From positions 1-64,000 of the forward strand of contig CAWBYW010000018.1 of the NCBI GenBank assembly GCA_963792965.1: DNA of 64,000 nt. The letters are read 5' to 3'. The notes under the pieces were generated by a model. That model did no database searches. It was not told the DNA's origin and worked only from the letters and a program-made list of their open reading frames with translations. The position numbers and the translations under genes are program-made. Within the stretch, counting starts at the first letter, position 1; each line of letters starts with the position of its first letter. Below are positions 35,872 through 46,486 of the stretch, piece by piece. The stretch is from an uncultured delta proteobacterium. GTDB taxonomy: Bacteria > Desulfobacterota > Zymogenia > Zymogenales > Zymogenaceae.

Positions 35872-36288
35872 TTAAAAGATCGATTGGAATATTCCTCTGA
35901 TCGTTTCCCACAACCCCGTGAAATAGGCCACGGCCTCCGGATTGGCTGTCGTCGGCGACCAGACGTGTATGCCCAGGCCCAGCTGGGCGCGCACCCAATC
36001 GCCAACCGCGAACTGCCCGATCGCGACGTGGCCCGTCGTGAATTGCCCGATGCCGAAGAAGACGGCCGGGGCAAACTGTCCCAACGCAAAGAGCCCCCCC
36101 ACGAACTGGCCGAAGGCGAACAGGACCCCGAGCCCTGCCTGGGCGATAGTGATCAGCCCGTACCCGTACTGGCCGATTGCGATGATACCCTTGGCGACGA
36201 GAGTTCTCCCTTCTTTGTCCCTCCCGAAGGCGATGTGAACCAAGGGCCAGCCGTAGATCGTCAGATGAGTCTTATATTCGAATCCCAT
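35872..36288 (-). CDS. Gly-rich hydrophobic repeat protein, paralog 2
   Basis: GWPLVHIAFG...AKGIIAIGQ and repeated GxxAxGQF units; AGGAGG RBS before ATG 36288. Confidence 0.75.
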   Translation of the reverse strand: MGFEYKTHLTIYGWPLVHIAFGRDKEGRTLVAKGIIAIGQYGYGLITIAQAGLGVLFAFGQFVGGLFALGQFAPAVFFGIGQFTTGHVAIGQFAVGDWVRAQLGLGIHVWSPTTANPEAVAYFTGLWETIRGIFQSIF

Positions 36289-36447
36289 CGTGGGCCTCCT
36301 CATAATCCCTGAGAGGCGGTCTGTCAATATAAGCGGTGCGCCATACGACGTACAGTCGTTTCCCCCCCTCGGGACTGCTGCGGCGCATTGCCGTCTCTTC
36401 AGGCACAGCCTCGGTTTTCCTCGATCGCTTATTCAGTCTACGAGGCG

Positions 36448-36852
36448 CTATAAAACCCCCTTGACCGCTTCCCACAACCCCGTAAAATAGGCCACCGCCG
36501 CGGGGTCGGTAGTCGTGGTCGACCAGACGTGGATCCCGAGGCCGAGCTGGGCCAGCACCCAGTCCCCAATAGCCATCTGGCCGATCGCGACGTGCCCCGT
36601 CGTAAACTGCCCGATGCCGAAAAAGACCGCGGGCGCCACCTGCCCGATGGCAAAGAGCCCCCCGACAAGCTGCCCGAACGAAAAGAGCGCCCCGAACCCG
36701 AGCTGGGCAATGGTGATCAGGCCGATCCCGAACTGCCCGATCGCGATGACGCCTTTGGCGATCCGAAATCGTCCATTCTCGTCCCGCCCGAAGGCGATGT
36801 GGACGAGCGGCCATCCATAAATCGTCAGTGGAGTTTTGTATTCAAATCCCAT
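36448..36852 (-). CDS. Gly-rich hydrophobic repeat protein, paralog 1
   Basis: Highly similar to 35872-36288 over its whole length; AGGAGG RBS. Confidence 0.78.
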   Translation of the reverse strand: MGFEYKTPLTIYGWPLVHIAFGRDENGRFRIAKGVIAIGQFGIGLITIAQLGFGALFSFGQLVGGLFAIGQVAPAVFFGIGQFTTGHVAIGQMAIGDWVLAQLGLGIHVWSTTTTDPAAVAYFTGLWEAVKGVL

Positions 36853-36917
36853 GATAGACCTCCTTATAGTCCCTGAGAGTGACCGGCACGGCCGGCCGTA
36901 CGCTTCAAGAGGGGCGC

Positions 36918-37460
36918 TTATATTTTCTTCTCCGCGTCCTGGTCCAGCACCCAGATCTCCGGGAGGTTGCGGTACGCCTCATTGCAGTCAATACCGTATC
37001 CCATGATGAAGCCGTCGTCCATCTCCAGCCCCACATAGTCGACCTCTATCTCCACCTCGCGCCGGGCCTTCTTATCGATAAGCGTGCAGATAGCCAGCGA
37101 CTTCGGCCTCCGGCGCAGGAGGATATCCTTGAGATACTTCAGCGTGATCCCGGTGTCAACGATGTCCTCCACCACCAACACATGTTTGCCCTCGATGGGG
37201 GCCGACAGGTCCTTGAGCATCTTGACCTCGCCCGAGCTGCTGGTCCCCGACCCGTATGATGCCAGAGCCACAAAATCGACCGTCACCTCCACCTCCAGCT
37301 TGCGGATCAGGTCGGCCATAAAGACGAAACTCCCCTTGAGGATCCCAACCACGATAAGCGGTTTGCCTTTATAGTCCCGGTTAATTCTCTCGGCGAGGTC
37401 CGAGACCGCCTTCTGGATTGTGTCGTGAGAAAAGAGGAGCCTTCTTTTCATTGATTTCAT
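36918..37460 (-). CDS. hpt: hypoxanthine phosphoribosyltransferase
   Basis: LKGSFVF, VEDIVDTG PRPP motif, GYGID..YRNLP. Confidence 0.95.
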   Translation of the reverse strand: MKSMKRRLLFSHDTIQKAVSDLAERINRDYKGKPLIVVGILKGSFVFMADLIRKLEVEVTVDFVALASYGSGTSSSGEVKMLKDLSAPIEGKHVLVVEDIVDTGITLKYLKDILLRRRPKSLAICTLIDKKARREVEIEVDYVGLEMDDGFIMGYGIDCNEAYRNLPEIWVLDQDAEKKI

Positions 37461-38547
37461 CGCTTGCTTCCTTCCTTATCAGCTCGGCGACCCGTCCCAC
37501 CGCAATGTTTACACCTGCCGGTGACCAATGGGTGTCGCTCGGATAATAGAACAATACACTGTCCCCGTTGACACGCCGACAGGTCTTATACTCCGTGTAC
37601 AGGTCAACGGTTGGGACATCTCTTTTACGCAGTTCTTTGGTCAGCCGTGGTATGAGCCCGTTATACGGGCCTGCGCCGGCCAGATCACCGTAGATAGAAT
37701 ATTTATCGGGTATCGGCAGGAAAATTAGCTCGATGTTGTACTCCGAATCGAGCCTCTCGCTCTCGCGCTGTATGACGTCGGCGATCTCACCGATTTCGCT
37801 GGAGGAAAAGACCCGAGTATATGATTCGATGTCCCCGTGATAGAAAAGCATTTTTGGGTCAAGGGAATACTTCGGGGTCAGCTCTGAAATCTCTCCGAAG
37901 AGTAGAAACCTCGCGGTAGAAATCCCGGAGAGAAGCCTCACCATTATCGGCGTGTTGGTAAACAGATACTCGAAGCGCTCCTTATCGAACAAGATAATAA
38001 GAGTCTTACTGAAAAGAACTTCAAGCCGGTTTTCACTCTCCCTCTCTTGTTCCCTGACCGTGTTGACCGTAACACCCGGGTCGGCCATATTGGAAGCAAT
38101 CTCCCGCTCTACGAGCTCCCAAACGAGGAACGTCCGTCCCTTTGGTCTATATCCTTCTTCGATCAGCATCACGATTGGGTCTGCGGATACGACGGCCATA
38201 TCCCTGATATAGACGAAGGACGTCCGCTCCTTTGTCCGGCTTTGCAACAGGTGGGGAAAAAGGCCTTCGTGCACATTGGAGAAACTGTCTCCGAAGCAGA
38301 TGATCTGAGCCTTGCTCAGGGGGTCGAAACGATAGGTGCCCTCGCCGGGGTAAGCGGGGATCTCGACTCTGAAATAGTTATTCTTGGACATTACGTAGAG
38401 ATCACCGTAGTTCTTGCCCAGGGGCACAAGGATGTTGCCGATGAAGGGGATCTTGCTGGATAAGACGAGGAGAAAAGAGACGACGGCCAGCGTGTCGATC
38501 AGAATCAGGAGCACCTTTCCTTTTCTTTCGGAGGATATCTTCATCAT
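37381..38547 (-). CDS. AlgJ/AlgX-like SGNH O-acetyltransferase
   Basis: N-terminal TM, GDSF, IPDK, DTHW; ATG 38547 overlaps the algI stop (TGATG). Confidence 0.75.
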   Translation of the reverse strand: MMKISSERKGKVLLILIDTLAVVSFLLVLSSKIPFIGNILVPLGKNYGDLYVMSKNNYFRVEIPAYPGEGTYRFDPLSKAQIICFGDSFSNVHEGLFPHLLQSRTKERTSFVYIRDMAVVSADPIVMLIEEGYRPKGRTFLVWELVEREIASNMADPGVTVNTVREQERESENRLEVLFSKTLIILFDKERFEYLFTNTPIMVRLLSGISTARFLLFGEISELTPKYSLDPKMLFYHGDIESYTRVFSSSEIGEIADVIQRESERLDSEYNIELIFLPIPDKYSIYGDLAGAGPYNGLIPRLTKELRKRDVPTVDLYTEYKTCRRVNGDSVLFYYPSDTHWSPAGVNIAVGRVAELIRKEASDEINEKKAPLFSRHNPEGGLGPRREN

Positions 38548-39984
38548 CAAAACTTGAAATAAATAAAGTCGGAGCTCTTGAACACACCAAGAAGTGCAAA
38601 TGCGATGATGAACAACATATAGGACGCCGCCTTCACGGACGCCGGCAGGCCTTTGATCCTTCTCCCGCGCGCTCTCCTTGCCGAGGAGTATCTCGGCCCC
38701 CACAAGCCCCACGATCAACGCGATCGAGAGGACCAGGTTGATGCTTCCAAGCCCCGCGTCAAGATGATCGGGCCGGCCCGTGACGCCGCCCATGTTATGG
38801 ATGATGGTGAGCGCATCGACCATGGTGTCGGCCCGAAAGAAGATCCAGCCGAACACGACCAGGTGAAAGGTAAACAGGATGCTCAATAGGCCGGCCAGCC
38901 TCCGTCCACCCGGCTCGGGGCCCTTCACCTCCCAGAGCCGGCTGCCGCCGGCGATTGTGACGATATAGAACAACCCGTGCAATAACCCCCAGAAGATGAA
39001 TGTCCAGTTGGCCCCGTGCCACAGCCCGCAGATAAAGAAGGTAATGCATACGTTGATGTACCGGCGGGGCGTCGAGGTCCGATTTCCCCCGAGGGGAATG
39101 TAGATATAGTCCCTCAGCCAGCCGGTCAGCGATATGTGCCACCTCCTCCAGAAGTCCGGTATCGAGTACGCGAAATAGGGTCGATCGAAGTTTTCCATCA
39201 CGTCATATCCGAGGATCCGCGCACTCCCTATGGCGATATCGGTGTAGCCCGAGAAATCGCAGTAGATCTGAAACGTGAAGAAATATGCCGCGAGAATCGC
39301 CGGGATGCCGGCGAATTCGGACGGGGACCCATAGACGTTGTTGACATAGAGCGCCAGCCGGTCGGCAATGACGACCTTCTTGACCAGTCCCCAGAATATT
39401 CTGTTGAGGCCTCCCATGACCCGGTCATAGTCAAACGGCTTTTCATCGCGGATTTGGACAAGCTGCGTGCCGGCCCGCTCGATGGGACCCGCGGTTATAA
39501 GCGGGAAGAACGAAACGAAGAGGGCGAAGCGCCCCACGTTTTTTTCGGGCCGCTGTTTTTTCCGGTAGACGTCGATCGCATAGCCCAAAGACTTGAAGAG
39601 ATAAAATGAAATACCCACGGGCAAAAGGATCGTGAGAGGGCGAAGATGAAGCGAAACGTCCAGCGACGAAAGCAGGCTATTGAGGTTATCGACGACGAAA
39701 TTCGTGTACTTGAAATAGAAAAGAACGCCGACGGCCGCAATGATCGTGAGCGCGAGGAAGACGGCCTTCGTCTTCGGACTTTTCGCTCGGTCGATTACCA
39801 GCCCCGAGATGTAGTGGATCGCGATGACGAAGAAGAGGAGAAGGATAAAAAGGGGACGAAACGACATATAAAAATAGACGCTTGCCAGAAGGAGGAAGAG
39901 CCATCGAAACCGCTCGGGAAGGTTATAATAGATCGCGACGACGACGACAAAGAAGATGAGGTAAAAGATAGAATTAAACTGCAT
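38547..39984 (-). CDS. MBOAT family O-acyltransferase AlgI/PatA (frameshift near 38660 joins it to the next ORF)
   Basis: LPVGISFY, GPIER, YCDFSGYTDIA, FWRRWHISL, GLWHGANW; typical FIYFKF-stop end is in the alternative frame at 38547. Confidence 0.88.
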
Positions 39985-40183
39985 GTTTGTTACGCGGCCA
40001 CTCTATGACGGAACGTACTACCCATAAAAAGGAGATAAGTCAAATCGTTATTTTTCGTAAAGATTAACAAATCGGGACTTTTGAGTCAAGCTCTTAATCG
40101 GTGCCGGGGGCATCGCGGACCAAGCGTCATCATAGACAGGCCGATGAGTGCGCCTCAGCGCCGAATGCGGAAGGTATAATACC

Positions 40184-40212
40184 TTGACCGCCTTTTATTA
40201 TTAATGTAGAAT
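40184..40212 (+). promoter_or_regulatory. sigma70-type promoter of the peptide ABC operon
   Basis: TTGACC-17 bp-TAGAAT. Confidence 0.55.
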
Positions 40213-40298
40213 AATTCCTTCAGAATTCATCCGTTCGCAGTCCGGATACGAAGCGGGCAACGGCACGTCCCATGAAAGGACTCCGGAGGGTAACGTCC

Positions 40299-41930
40299 AT
40301 GAAAGTCATGAAACCTGTCTTTTCGCTGGCCTTCATCCTGCTTTTCATCTTCTCCTGTTCAAAGGGCTCGACGGCCCCGAATGGTAACGGCTCCGACACC
40401 GGCCCCGCGTTTGGGGACGCCATCATTATCGGGTCGATCGGCGACGCCTCGACGCTGATCCCGGTCATCGCCTCCGACAGCTCGTCGTTTGATATCGCCG
40501 GTTACATCTACAACGGACTGGTGAAATACGACAAGGACTATAATATTGTGGGCGACCTGGCCGAGTCGTGGGACATATCGCCGGACAACCTCACCATCAC
40601 CTTTCACCTGAGAAAGAACGTGAAGTGGCAGGACGGCGTCCCCTTCACGAGCGCCGACGTCATGTTCACCTACCGGCTGATGATCAATCCCAACACGCCG
40701 ACGGCCTACGCCGCCGATTTCCTTCTCGTCAAGGAGGCAAAGGCCCCCGACCCGTATACCTTTGTCGTCACCTATAAGGAGCCCTTTGCCCCGGCCCTCA
40801 TCAGCTGGGGTTTCTGGATGATGCCCAAACACCTCCTCGAGGGCAAGGACCTCACCACATCCAAGCTTAACCGCAGCCCCGTCGGAACCGGCCCCTACCG
40901 CTTCGTCGAATGGTCCGCCGGCGAAAAGATCGTCCTGGATTCCTACCATGACTATTTCGAGGGGAGGCCCTATATCGACCGTCTCATCTACCGCATCATC
41001 CCCGATACCGCCACGATGTTCCTTGAGCTCAAGGCGGGCGGGGTGGATTGGATGGGCCTTTCTCCCATCCAGTACAAGCGCCAGACCGACAACGATTTCT
41101 TCAAAGAAAGCTTCGTGAAGTATAAGTACCTCGCCGACGGCTATACCTACCTCGGTTTCAATCTCAAGGACCCGAAGTTCACCGACAAGCGGGTCCGCAA
41201 GGCCATTTCGTACGCCATCGACAAGCAGGAGATCGTGGACATTGTCCTGTTGGGGCTCGGCGATATCGCCACCGGCCCCTATAAGCCCGGCACCTGGCAG
41301 TACAACGGGAAGGTCGAGCGCTACGATTATAACCCGGAAAAGGCCAAAAAGCTCCTGAGGGATGCGGGCTGGGTCGACACGAACGGCGACGGGGTCCTCG
41401 AAAAAGACGGCGTGCCTTTTACTTTCACCATCGTCACCAACCAGGGAAACGAATTGCGCGCCAAGACCGCCGAGCTCATCCAGAACAAGCTCAAAGACGT
41501 GGGGATCAAGGTCCAGATCAGGATCGTGGAGTGGGCGGCCTTCCTGTCGGAGTTCGTCGAGACGAGAAATTTCGAGGCCTTGATCCTGGGCTGGAACATA
41601 ACGAAGGACCCCGACCTCTACGATGTGTGGCACTCGTCCAAGATCGGCCCCAACGAGCTCAACCACATCTCGTTCAAGAACGCCGAGGTCGACAGGCTCC
41701 TCGTCGAGGGGCGACGGACGTTTGATAAAGAGCTGCGCAAAAAATACTATTTTCGTCTGCAGGAGATCCTCGCCGACGAGGCGCCGTACGTATTCCTGTA
41801 TATCTCCGACGACCTGCCGATCATCCACGCCCGGTTCAAAGGGATTGTGCCGGCCCCGGCGGGAATCAGCTACAATTTCAACAAGTGGTATGTGCCCAAG
41901 GAGCTTCAGCGATACACCAACCTCAGGTAA
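40299..41930 (+). CDS. peptide ABC transporter substrate-binding lipoprotein (OppA/AppA family)
   Basis: Lipobox IFSC, GDLAESW, LRKNVKWQDG.PFTSADV, PVGTGPY; GGAGG RBS. Confidence 0.92.
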   Translation: MKVMKPVFSLAFILLFIFSCSKGSTAPNGNGSDTGPAFGDAIIIGSIGDASTLIPVIASDSSSFDIAGYIYNGLVKYDKDYNIVGDLAESWDISPDNLTITFHLRKNVKWQDGVPFTSADVMFTYRLMINPNTPTAYAADFLLVKEAKAPDPYTFVVTYKEPFAPALISWGFWMMPKHLLEGKDLTTSKLNRSPVGTGPYRFVEWSAGEKIVLDSYHDYFEGRPYIDRLIYRIIPDTATMFLELKAGGVDWMGLSPIQYKRQTDNDFFKESFVKYKYLADGYTYLGFNLKDPKFTDKRVRKAISYAIDKQEIVDIVLLGLGDIATGPYKPGTWQYNGKVERYDYNPEKAKKLLRDAGWVDTNGDGVLEKDGVPFTFTIVTNQGNELRAKTAELIQNKLKDVGIKVQIRIVEWAAFLSEFVETRNFEALILGWNITKDPDLYDVWHSSKIGPNELNHISFKNAEVDRLLVEGRRTFDKELRKKYYFRLQEILADEAPYVFLYISDDLPIIHARFKGIVPAPAGISYNFNKWYVPKELQRYTNLR

Positions 41931-41945
41931 AACGGCGAGCGTCCC

Positions 41946-42920
41946 ATGGTCCGATATCTCATAAAAAGACTCCTGATGATGATTCCGATCCTTCTGGGGA
42001 TCACGATCATCTCGTTTGCGGTGATGCAGCTTGCCCCCGGCAAGCCGACTGATATAGGACTTGCGGAAAATCCGAAGGCGGCCCCGGAGGCCAAGGAGCG
42101 CCTCAAGAAGCTCTATGGGCTGGATAAACCGATCCACGTTCAATACTTCAACTGGCTCCGGCGGATCGTAAGGCTTGACTTCGGACTCTCTTTCTCGCCT
42201 GACCGGAGGCCGGTGATCGATAAGATCGTCGAAACGATCCCGATCACCATCGGCATCAACCTCCTCTCGATCATCCTCATCATCGTGGTCGCCGTTCCCC
42301 TCGGGGTCTTCTCGGCGACACACCAGGACACCTTCTTCGATAAGGCGGCCACCGTCTTTGTCTTCGTCGGCTTCGCCGTGCCGACCTTCTGGCTGGCGCT
42401 GTTGATGATGCGGTGGTTCGGCATCCAGCTCGGCTGGCTTCCGATATCCGGGGTGAAGTCGATCATGTACGATTTCTTCTCCCCCGCAGCAAAGGTCTGG
42501 GACATCACCAAGCACCTGATCATGCCGGTGGCGCTATCCGCTTTCGGGGGTTTGGCGGGCCTGTCGCGCTATATGCGCAGCAACATGTTGGAGGTGATCC
42601 GCCAGGACTACATCGTTACCGCCCGAGCCAAGGGATTGCCCGAGCATGTCGTCATCTATAAACACGCGCTGCGAAACGCCCTGATGCCGGTCATTACGAT
42701 CCTCGGCCTCTCGGTCCCCGGGCTCATCGGAGGGAGCGTCATCTTTGAGAGCATCTTCTCGATCTACGGAATGGGGAGGCTCTTTTACGCGAGCGTAATG
42801 GCGCGGGACTACCCGGTCATCATGGGGATACTCGTCATCGGCGCAGTCCTGACGCTACTCGGCAACCTCCTTGCGGACATCTCGTACGCCGTCGTCGATC
42901 CGCGCATTAGAAAAGGATAG
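41946..42920 (+). CDS. peptide ABC transporter permease (OppB/DppB family)
   Basis: GLDKP, EAA-loop TARAKGL, HALRNA, RDYPVI, DPRIR. Confidence 0.93.
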   Translation: MVRYLIKRLLMMIPILLGITIISFAVMQLAPGKPTDIGLAENPKAAPEAKERLKKLYGLDKPIHVQYFNWLRRIVRLDFGLSFSPDRRPVIDKIVETIPITIGINLLSIILIIVVAVPLGVFSATHQDTFFDKAATVFVFVGFAVPTFWLALLMMRWFGIQLGWLPISGVKSIMYDFFSPAAKVWDITKHLIMPVALSAFGGLAGLSRYMRSNMLEVIRQDYIVTARAKGLPEHVVIYKHALRNALMPVITILGLSVPGLIGGSVIFESIFSIYGMGRLFYASVMARDYPVIMGILVIGAVLTLLGNLLADISYAVVDPRIRKG

Positions 42921-42930
42921 GGAGGCGGCT

Positions 42931-43656
42931 ATGCAGACACGAATGCGATTGGGCGAATTTCTTGTCAACAAGAACATCGTATCCCATGCGGACCTCTCCC
43001 GCGCCCTCAAGTACCAGGAAAACTGGGGAGGAAGGCTGGGCGAGGCGCTCATCAGCCTGAGGATCCTCACCGAGGACAAGCTCCTCGCCGCGCTCAAGTA
43101 TCACCTTGAGCTCCCGGTGGTGAACCTCGAGCAGCTCAGTATCCCCCGCGAGGTTATCAAGCTGATACCAAAGGAGACCGCGAAAAAATACAAGGTCGTC
43201 CCCGTCAAGATGGGAGAGGTGGCGGGCAAAAAGGTCCTCTTCGTGGCCATGAACAACCCGCTGGACCTGACGGCCATCGAGGAGATACAGTTTGCGGCGG
43301 GGATGAAGGTCCAGCCGGTACTCTCGCGGGAGAAGGGGTTCCTCTACGCCCTGAAGCATTATTACGATATCGATGTCGGCTACATCTCGCCCAAGGGTGA
43401 GGAAGTTTCGCCGGAGCCCAAAGAAGATGCGATGACGATCATACGCTCCGGCGAAGAGGTGCAGATAGAGGACGGGCCGGAGGTGGCCCGGGAAAAACTG
43501 GTGGACGCGGTCATCGAGAAGCGGAAGGCCGACCAGACCCCGCCTCCTGCCCCCGAGCAGAGCGAAAAAAGGGTCCTCCAGGCCCTCATCAGGCTCCTGA
43601 TCGAAAAGGAATACATCACGCTCGACGAGCTCCGGGAGAAGATGTCGGGCAAGTGA
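42931..43656 (+). CDS. stand-alone MshEN / T2SSE_N domain protein (putative c-di-GMP receptor)
   Basis: Tandem RLGxxL motifs (RLGEFLV...LKYQ, RLGEALI), AKKYKVVPV, VAMNNPLD; no ATPase domain; GGAGG RBS. Confidence 0.8.
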   Translation: MQTRMRLGEFLVNKNIVSHADLSRALKYQENWGGRLGEALISLRILTEDKLLAALKYHLELPVVNLEQLSIPREVIKLIPKETAKKYKVVPVKMGEVAGKKVLFVAMNNPLDLTAIEEIQFAAGMKVQPVLSREKGFLYALKHYYDIDVGYISPKGEEVSPEPKEDAMTIIRSGEEVQIEDGPEVAREKLVDAVIEKRKADQTPPPAPEQSEKRVLQALIRLLIEKEYITLDELREKMSGK

Positions 43657-43753
43657 CGCGCGGCCAGAAGCAGGCTTCGAGGGCGGGCCCGAGGGACGCC
43701 GCCGACGGCGCACGGTGCGAAGCGTCCAATAGAGTTGGAGAAACATAGGGGCG

Positions 43754-44611
43754 ATGAGACTTTCTTTTTCACGATACGATTTCCTCGGACGCTTTTTCAG
43801 GAACCGGCTTGCCGTCTCCGGCCTGATCATCGTCGCTTTTTTCTTTTTCGTCTCCATCGCCGCCCCGGTTATCTCCCGCTTCGACCCCGATGAGCCGGAC
43901 AGCGGACACATCCTCACCGCCCCGGACTCGACCCACTGGTTCGGCACGGACGAATCGGGCCGGGACGTATACTCGCGGATGGTCTGGGGGTCGCAGATTT
44001 CGATCAAGGTTGGGTTCGTGGCGGTGGGCATCTCGATCCTCATCGGCACGCTCCTCGGCGCGCTGGCAGGATTTTACGGCGGCATCATCGACGGGGTGAT
44101 CATGCGGTTTGTCGACGTAATGCTCTGCTTCCCGTCGTTCTTCCTGATCCTTGCCGTCATCGCGATCCTTGAGCCCTCGATCTATAATATCATGATCGTC
44201 ATCGGGATCACGGGATGGATGGGGGTGGCAAGGCTCGTCCGGGCGGAGTTTTTGACGCTTATCAAGCGCGATTTCGTCATGGCCGCGCGGGCGCAGGGGG
44301 CGCGGGACTTCAGGATCATCTTTTCCCACATCCTCCCCAACGCCATGGGGCCGATCCTGGTCACGGCGACGCTCGGCGTGGCCGGCGCGATCCTCACCGA
44401 GAGCGCGCTCTCGTTTCTCGGCATCGGCGTCCAGCCGCCGACCCCCAGCTGGGGCAACATCCTCACCGAGGGCAAGGACGCCATCGAGGTGGCCTGGTGG
44501 CTCTCGCTCTACCCGGGGCTCGCCATCCTCGTGACGGTGCTGGGCTATAACCTCCTCGGGGAAGGCATCCGCGACGCCATGGACCCGCGGCTGCGGGATC
44601 AGGCGGGATAG
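43754..44611 (+). CDS. peptide ABC transporter permease (OppC/DppC family)
   Basis: FGTDESGRDVYSR, AARAQGA, HILPN, PTPSWG, DAMDPR. Confidence 0.93.
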   Translation: MRLSFSRYDFLGRFFRNRLAVSGLIIVAFFFFVSIAAPVISRFDPDEPDSGHILTAPDSTHWFGTDESGRDVYSRMVWGSQISIKVGFVAVGISILIGTLLGALAGFYGGIIDGVIMRFVDVMLCFPSFFLILAVIAILEPSIYNIMIVIGITGWMGVARLVRAEFLTLIKRDFVMAARAQGARDFRIIFSHILPNAMGPILVTATLGVAGAILTESALSFLGIGVQPPTPSWGNILTEGKDAIEVAWWLSLYPGLAILVTVLGYNLLGEGIRDAMDPRLRDQAG

Positions 44612-44641
44612 CGCGAATCAGCGGTTGAGAGGGGTCGCGTT

Positions 44642-45259
44642 CTATCTGTCTTTCCCCACCTTCACCACCGGCAGCGACAGCCGGTACCTGATGGAGAAAA
44701 GCCTGAGCCCGATGACCGCCGTCATCGTGGCAAAATAGATGATCGTCTCATCGACGCCCAGCCACGCCAGAAAAAAGTAAACGACCCCACCCAGGATGCA
44801 CGCCGTGGCGTAGATCTCCTTCTGGAAGATCAGCGGCACCTCGTTGACCAGCACGTCCCTGAGCACCCCGCCCATCACAGCCGTGATCACCCCCATGAAG
44901 GCCGCAAATATCGGGAGCACATGGACCCCGAGCGCCTTGTTGATCCCGATGAGGGTGAAGACCCCGATCCCCACGGCGTCAAAGACCAACAGCACCCGCC
45001 GGTAGGCCAGGATGTGCCGGGCGAAGAGGAAGACCGCGCCGGCGGCAAGGACGATCACCAACAGGTAGTTCACGTCCTTGAGCCAGAAGACGGGCGTCAC
45101 CCCGAGGACCACGTCCCTGATCGTCCCTCCCCCCACCGCCGTCACGAAGCCGACCGAGAGCGCCCCGAAGAGGTCAAAGCGCTTGCCGGCCGCCGACAGG
45201 GCCCCGCTGACGGCGAAGGTGAAGGTGCCCAACAGGTCAAGGATATAGATAATTTCCAT
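44642..45259 (-). CDS. trimeric intracellular cation channel / UPF0126 (YadS-like) membrane protein
   Basis: Duplicated TAVGGGTIRD and TAVMGGVLRD motifs. Confidence 0.88.
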   Translation of the reverse strand: MEIIYILDLLGTFTFAVSGALSAAGKRFDLFGALSVGFVTAVGGGTIRDVVLGVTPVFWLKDVNYLLVIVLAAGAVFLFARHILAYRRVLLVFDAVGIGVFTLIGINKALGVHVLPIFAAFMGVITAVMGGVLRDVLVNEVPLIFQKEIYATACILGGVVYFFLAWLGVDETIIYFATMTAVIGLRLFSIRYRLSLPVVKVGKDR

Positions 45260-45356
45260 CGGTTGCGTCCGCTACTGTCTCTCGGTTACGTGTGGCGCCC
45301 TCGGTCGGGGGACCGGCGCGCTGCCTCGCGGTGGTGCGCGATGACGCTTACTTCGC

Positions 45357-45423
45357 TGTCATTGCGAGGAGCGTTCCTGCCGAAGCCGCGAGGAGAAAAG
45401 CGACGTGGCGGGACGAAGCAATC
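45357..45423 (+). repeat. CGTC-type palindromic (REP-like) element, left part
   Basis: TGTCATTGCGAGGAGCG...GACGAAGCAATC; matching right-end sequence GATTGCCACG...CTCCTCGCAATGACG at 53201-53233. Confidence 0.55.
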
Positions 45424-45476
45424 CCCCCACTGTCACCGTGGACTTTATCTCTTCTTACTTTCTGCAGTGACCTGGC

Positions 45477-46472
45477 CTACTTCCCCCTCTTCCGCCTCGG
45501 AATATAGACCTCTTTCACCCACCGCTCGATCCGGGCCATCGCCTCCTTTTCCCCGACTTTCGGCTTCCAGCCGAGCTCCTTCTTGGCGCGGGAGTTATCC
45601 ACGTCGAGGTTTCTCCCCATAACGCCGGCCGCAAGCCTCGTCACGGGCGGCCGGATTCCGAAGGGCGAAAGCACCGCCTCGAGAAACCACCCCAGCCCCC
45701 ACGCGAGCGAAAACGGGAGATTGCCCACGGGCTTCTTGCCGATCAGGCCCCCTAAGAACCGGGTATACTCTCCCCAGGTGATCGCATAGTCGTCCCGGAA
45801 GTGATAGGTCCGGCCGGCCGCGCCTTTCTTCTCGGCAGCTAAGATCGCCCCGTCGGCGAGGTTCTCAACCCAGACGAACGCCCCGGGGTCTCTGCCCCCG
45901 TTCATGAGAGGCAGAGGGCCCCGTGAATACGCATCCAGCACGTCCCTCACCCAGACGCTCCCCGGCCCGATGACGTTAGCGGGCCGGACGATGACGTATT
46001 CGATTTTGTTCTTCTTGCAGAACCCCGCCACGAGGTCTTCCGCTTCGATCTTCGTGTCGCAGTAGGGGACACCACAAATAACACGCTCGGCGTCCTCGGA
46101 AAGCCCGTTGATGTTCCGGCCCAGGCCGAGTGCCGCCACGGAGGAAAAATAGACGAACCGTTTGACCTTCCCTTTCGACTCGGAAAGGAGGTTTTCCGTC
46201 CCCGTCACCATGATCTTTCGGAAAAGCTCCATGTCCCCCCAGTCCAGCACCCGGGTGGCCAGGTGGAAGACGATGTCCACCCCGTCGGCCGCCCCCACGA
46301 GGCTCTGCCGATCCGTCAGGTCTCCCCGGAAAATCTCGACGCCGAGCATTTCCGCGCCCGTCGCGCTCTCCCCCGGCAAGAAGAGACCCCTGACCCGATA
46401 TCCCTTTTCGATGAGGCGCGTGACGAGAAACGACCCGATGAACCCTCCCGCGCCGGTCACGAGTGCTTTCAT
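45477..46472 (-). CDS. NAD-dependent epimerase/dehydratase (3-beta-HSD-like SDR)
   Basis: VTGAGGFIG, SSVAA, YCDTK, RPANVIGP. Confidence 0.88.
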   Translation of the reverse strand: MKALVTGAGGFIGSFLVTRLIEKGYRVRGLFLPGESATGAEMLGVEIFRGDLTDRQSLVGAADGVDIVFHLATRVLDWGDMELFRKIMVTGTENLLSESKGKVKRFVYFSSVAALGLGRNINGLSEDAERVICGVPYCDTKIEAEDLVAGFCKKNKIEYVIVRPANVIGPGSVWVRDVLDAYSRGPLPLMNGGRDPGAFVWVENLADGAILAAEKKGAAGRTYHFRDDYAITWGEYTRFLGGLIGKKPVGNLPFSLAWGLGWFLEAVLSPFGIRPPVTRLAAGVMGRNLDVDNSRAKKELGWKPKVGEKEAMARIERWVKEVYIPRRKRGK

Positions 46473-46486
46473 ATATTCCCCCTCAT

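Noticed and set aside
37381-39984. 867-aa MBOAT-SGNH fusion ORF
   Set aside because: The normal AlgI C-terminus (FIYFKF-stop) is in another frame and overlaps the next ATG, so one indel near 38660 explains the apparent fusion.
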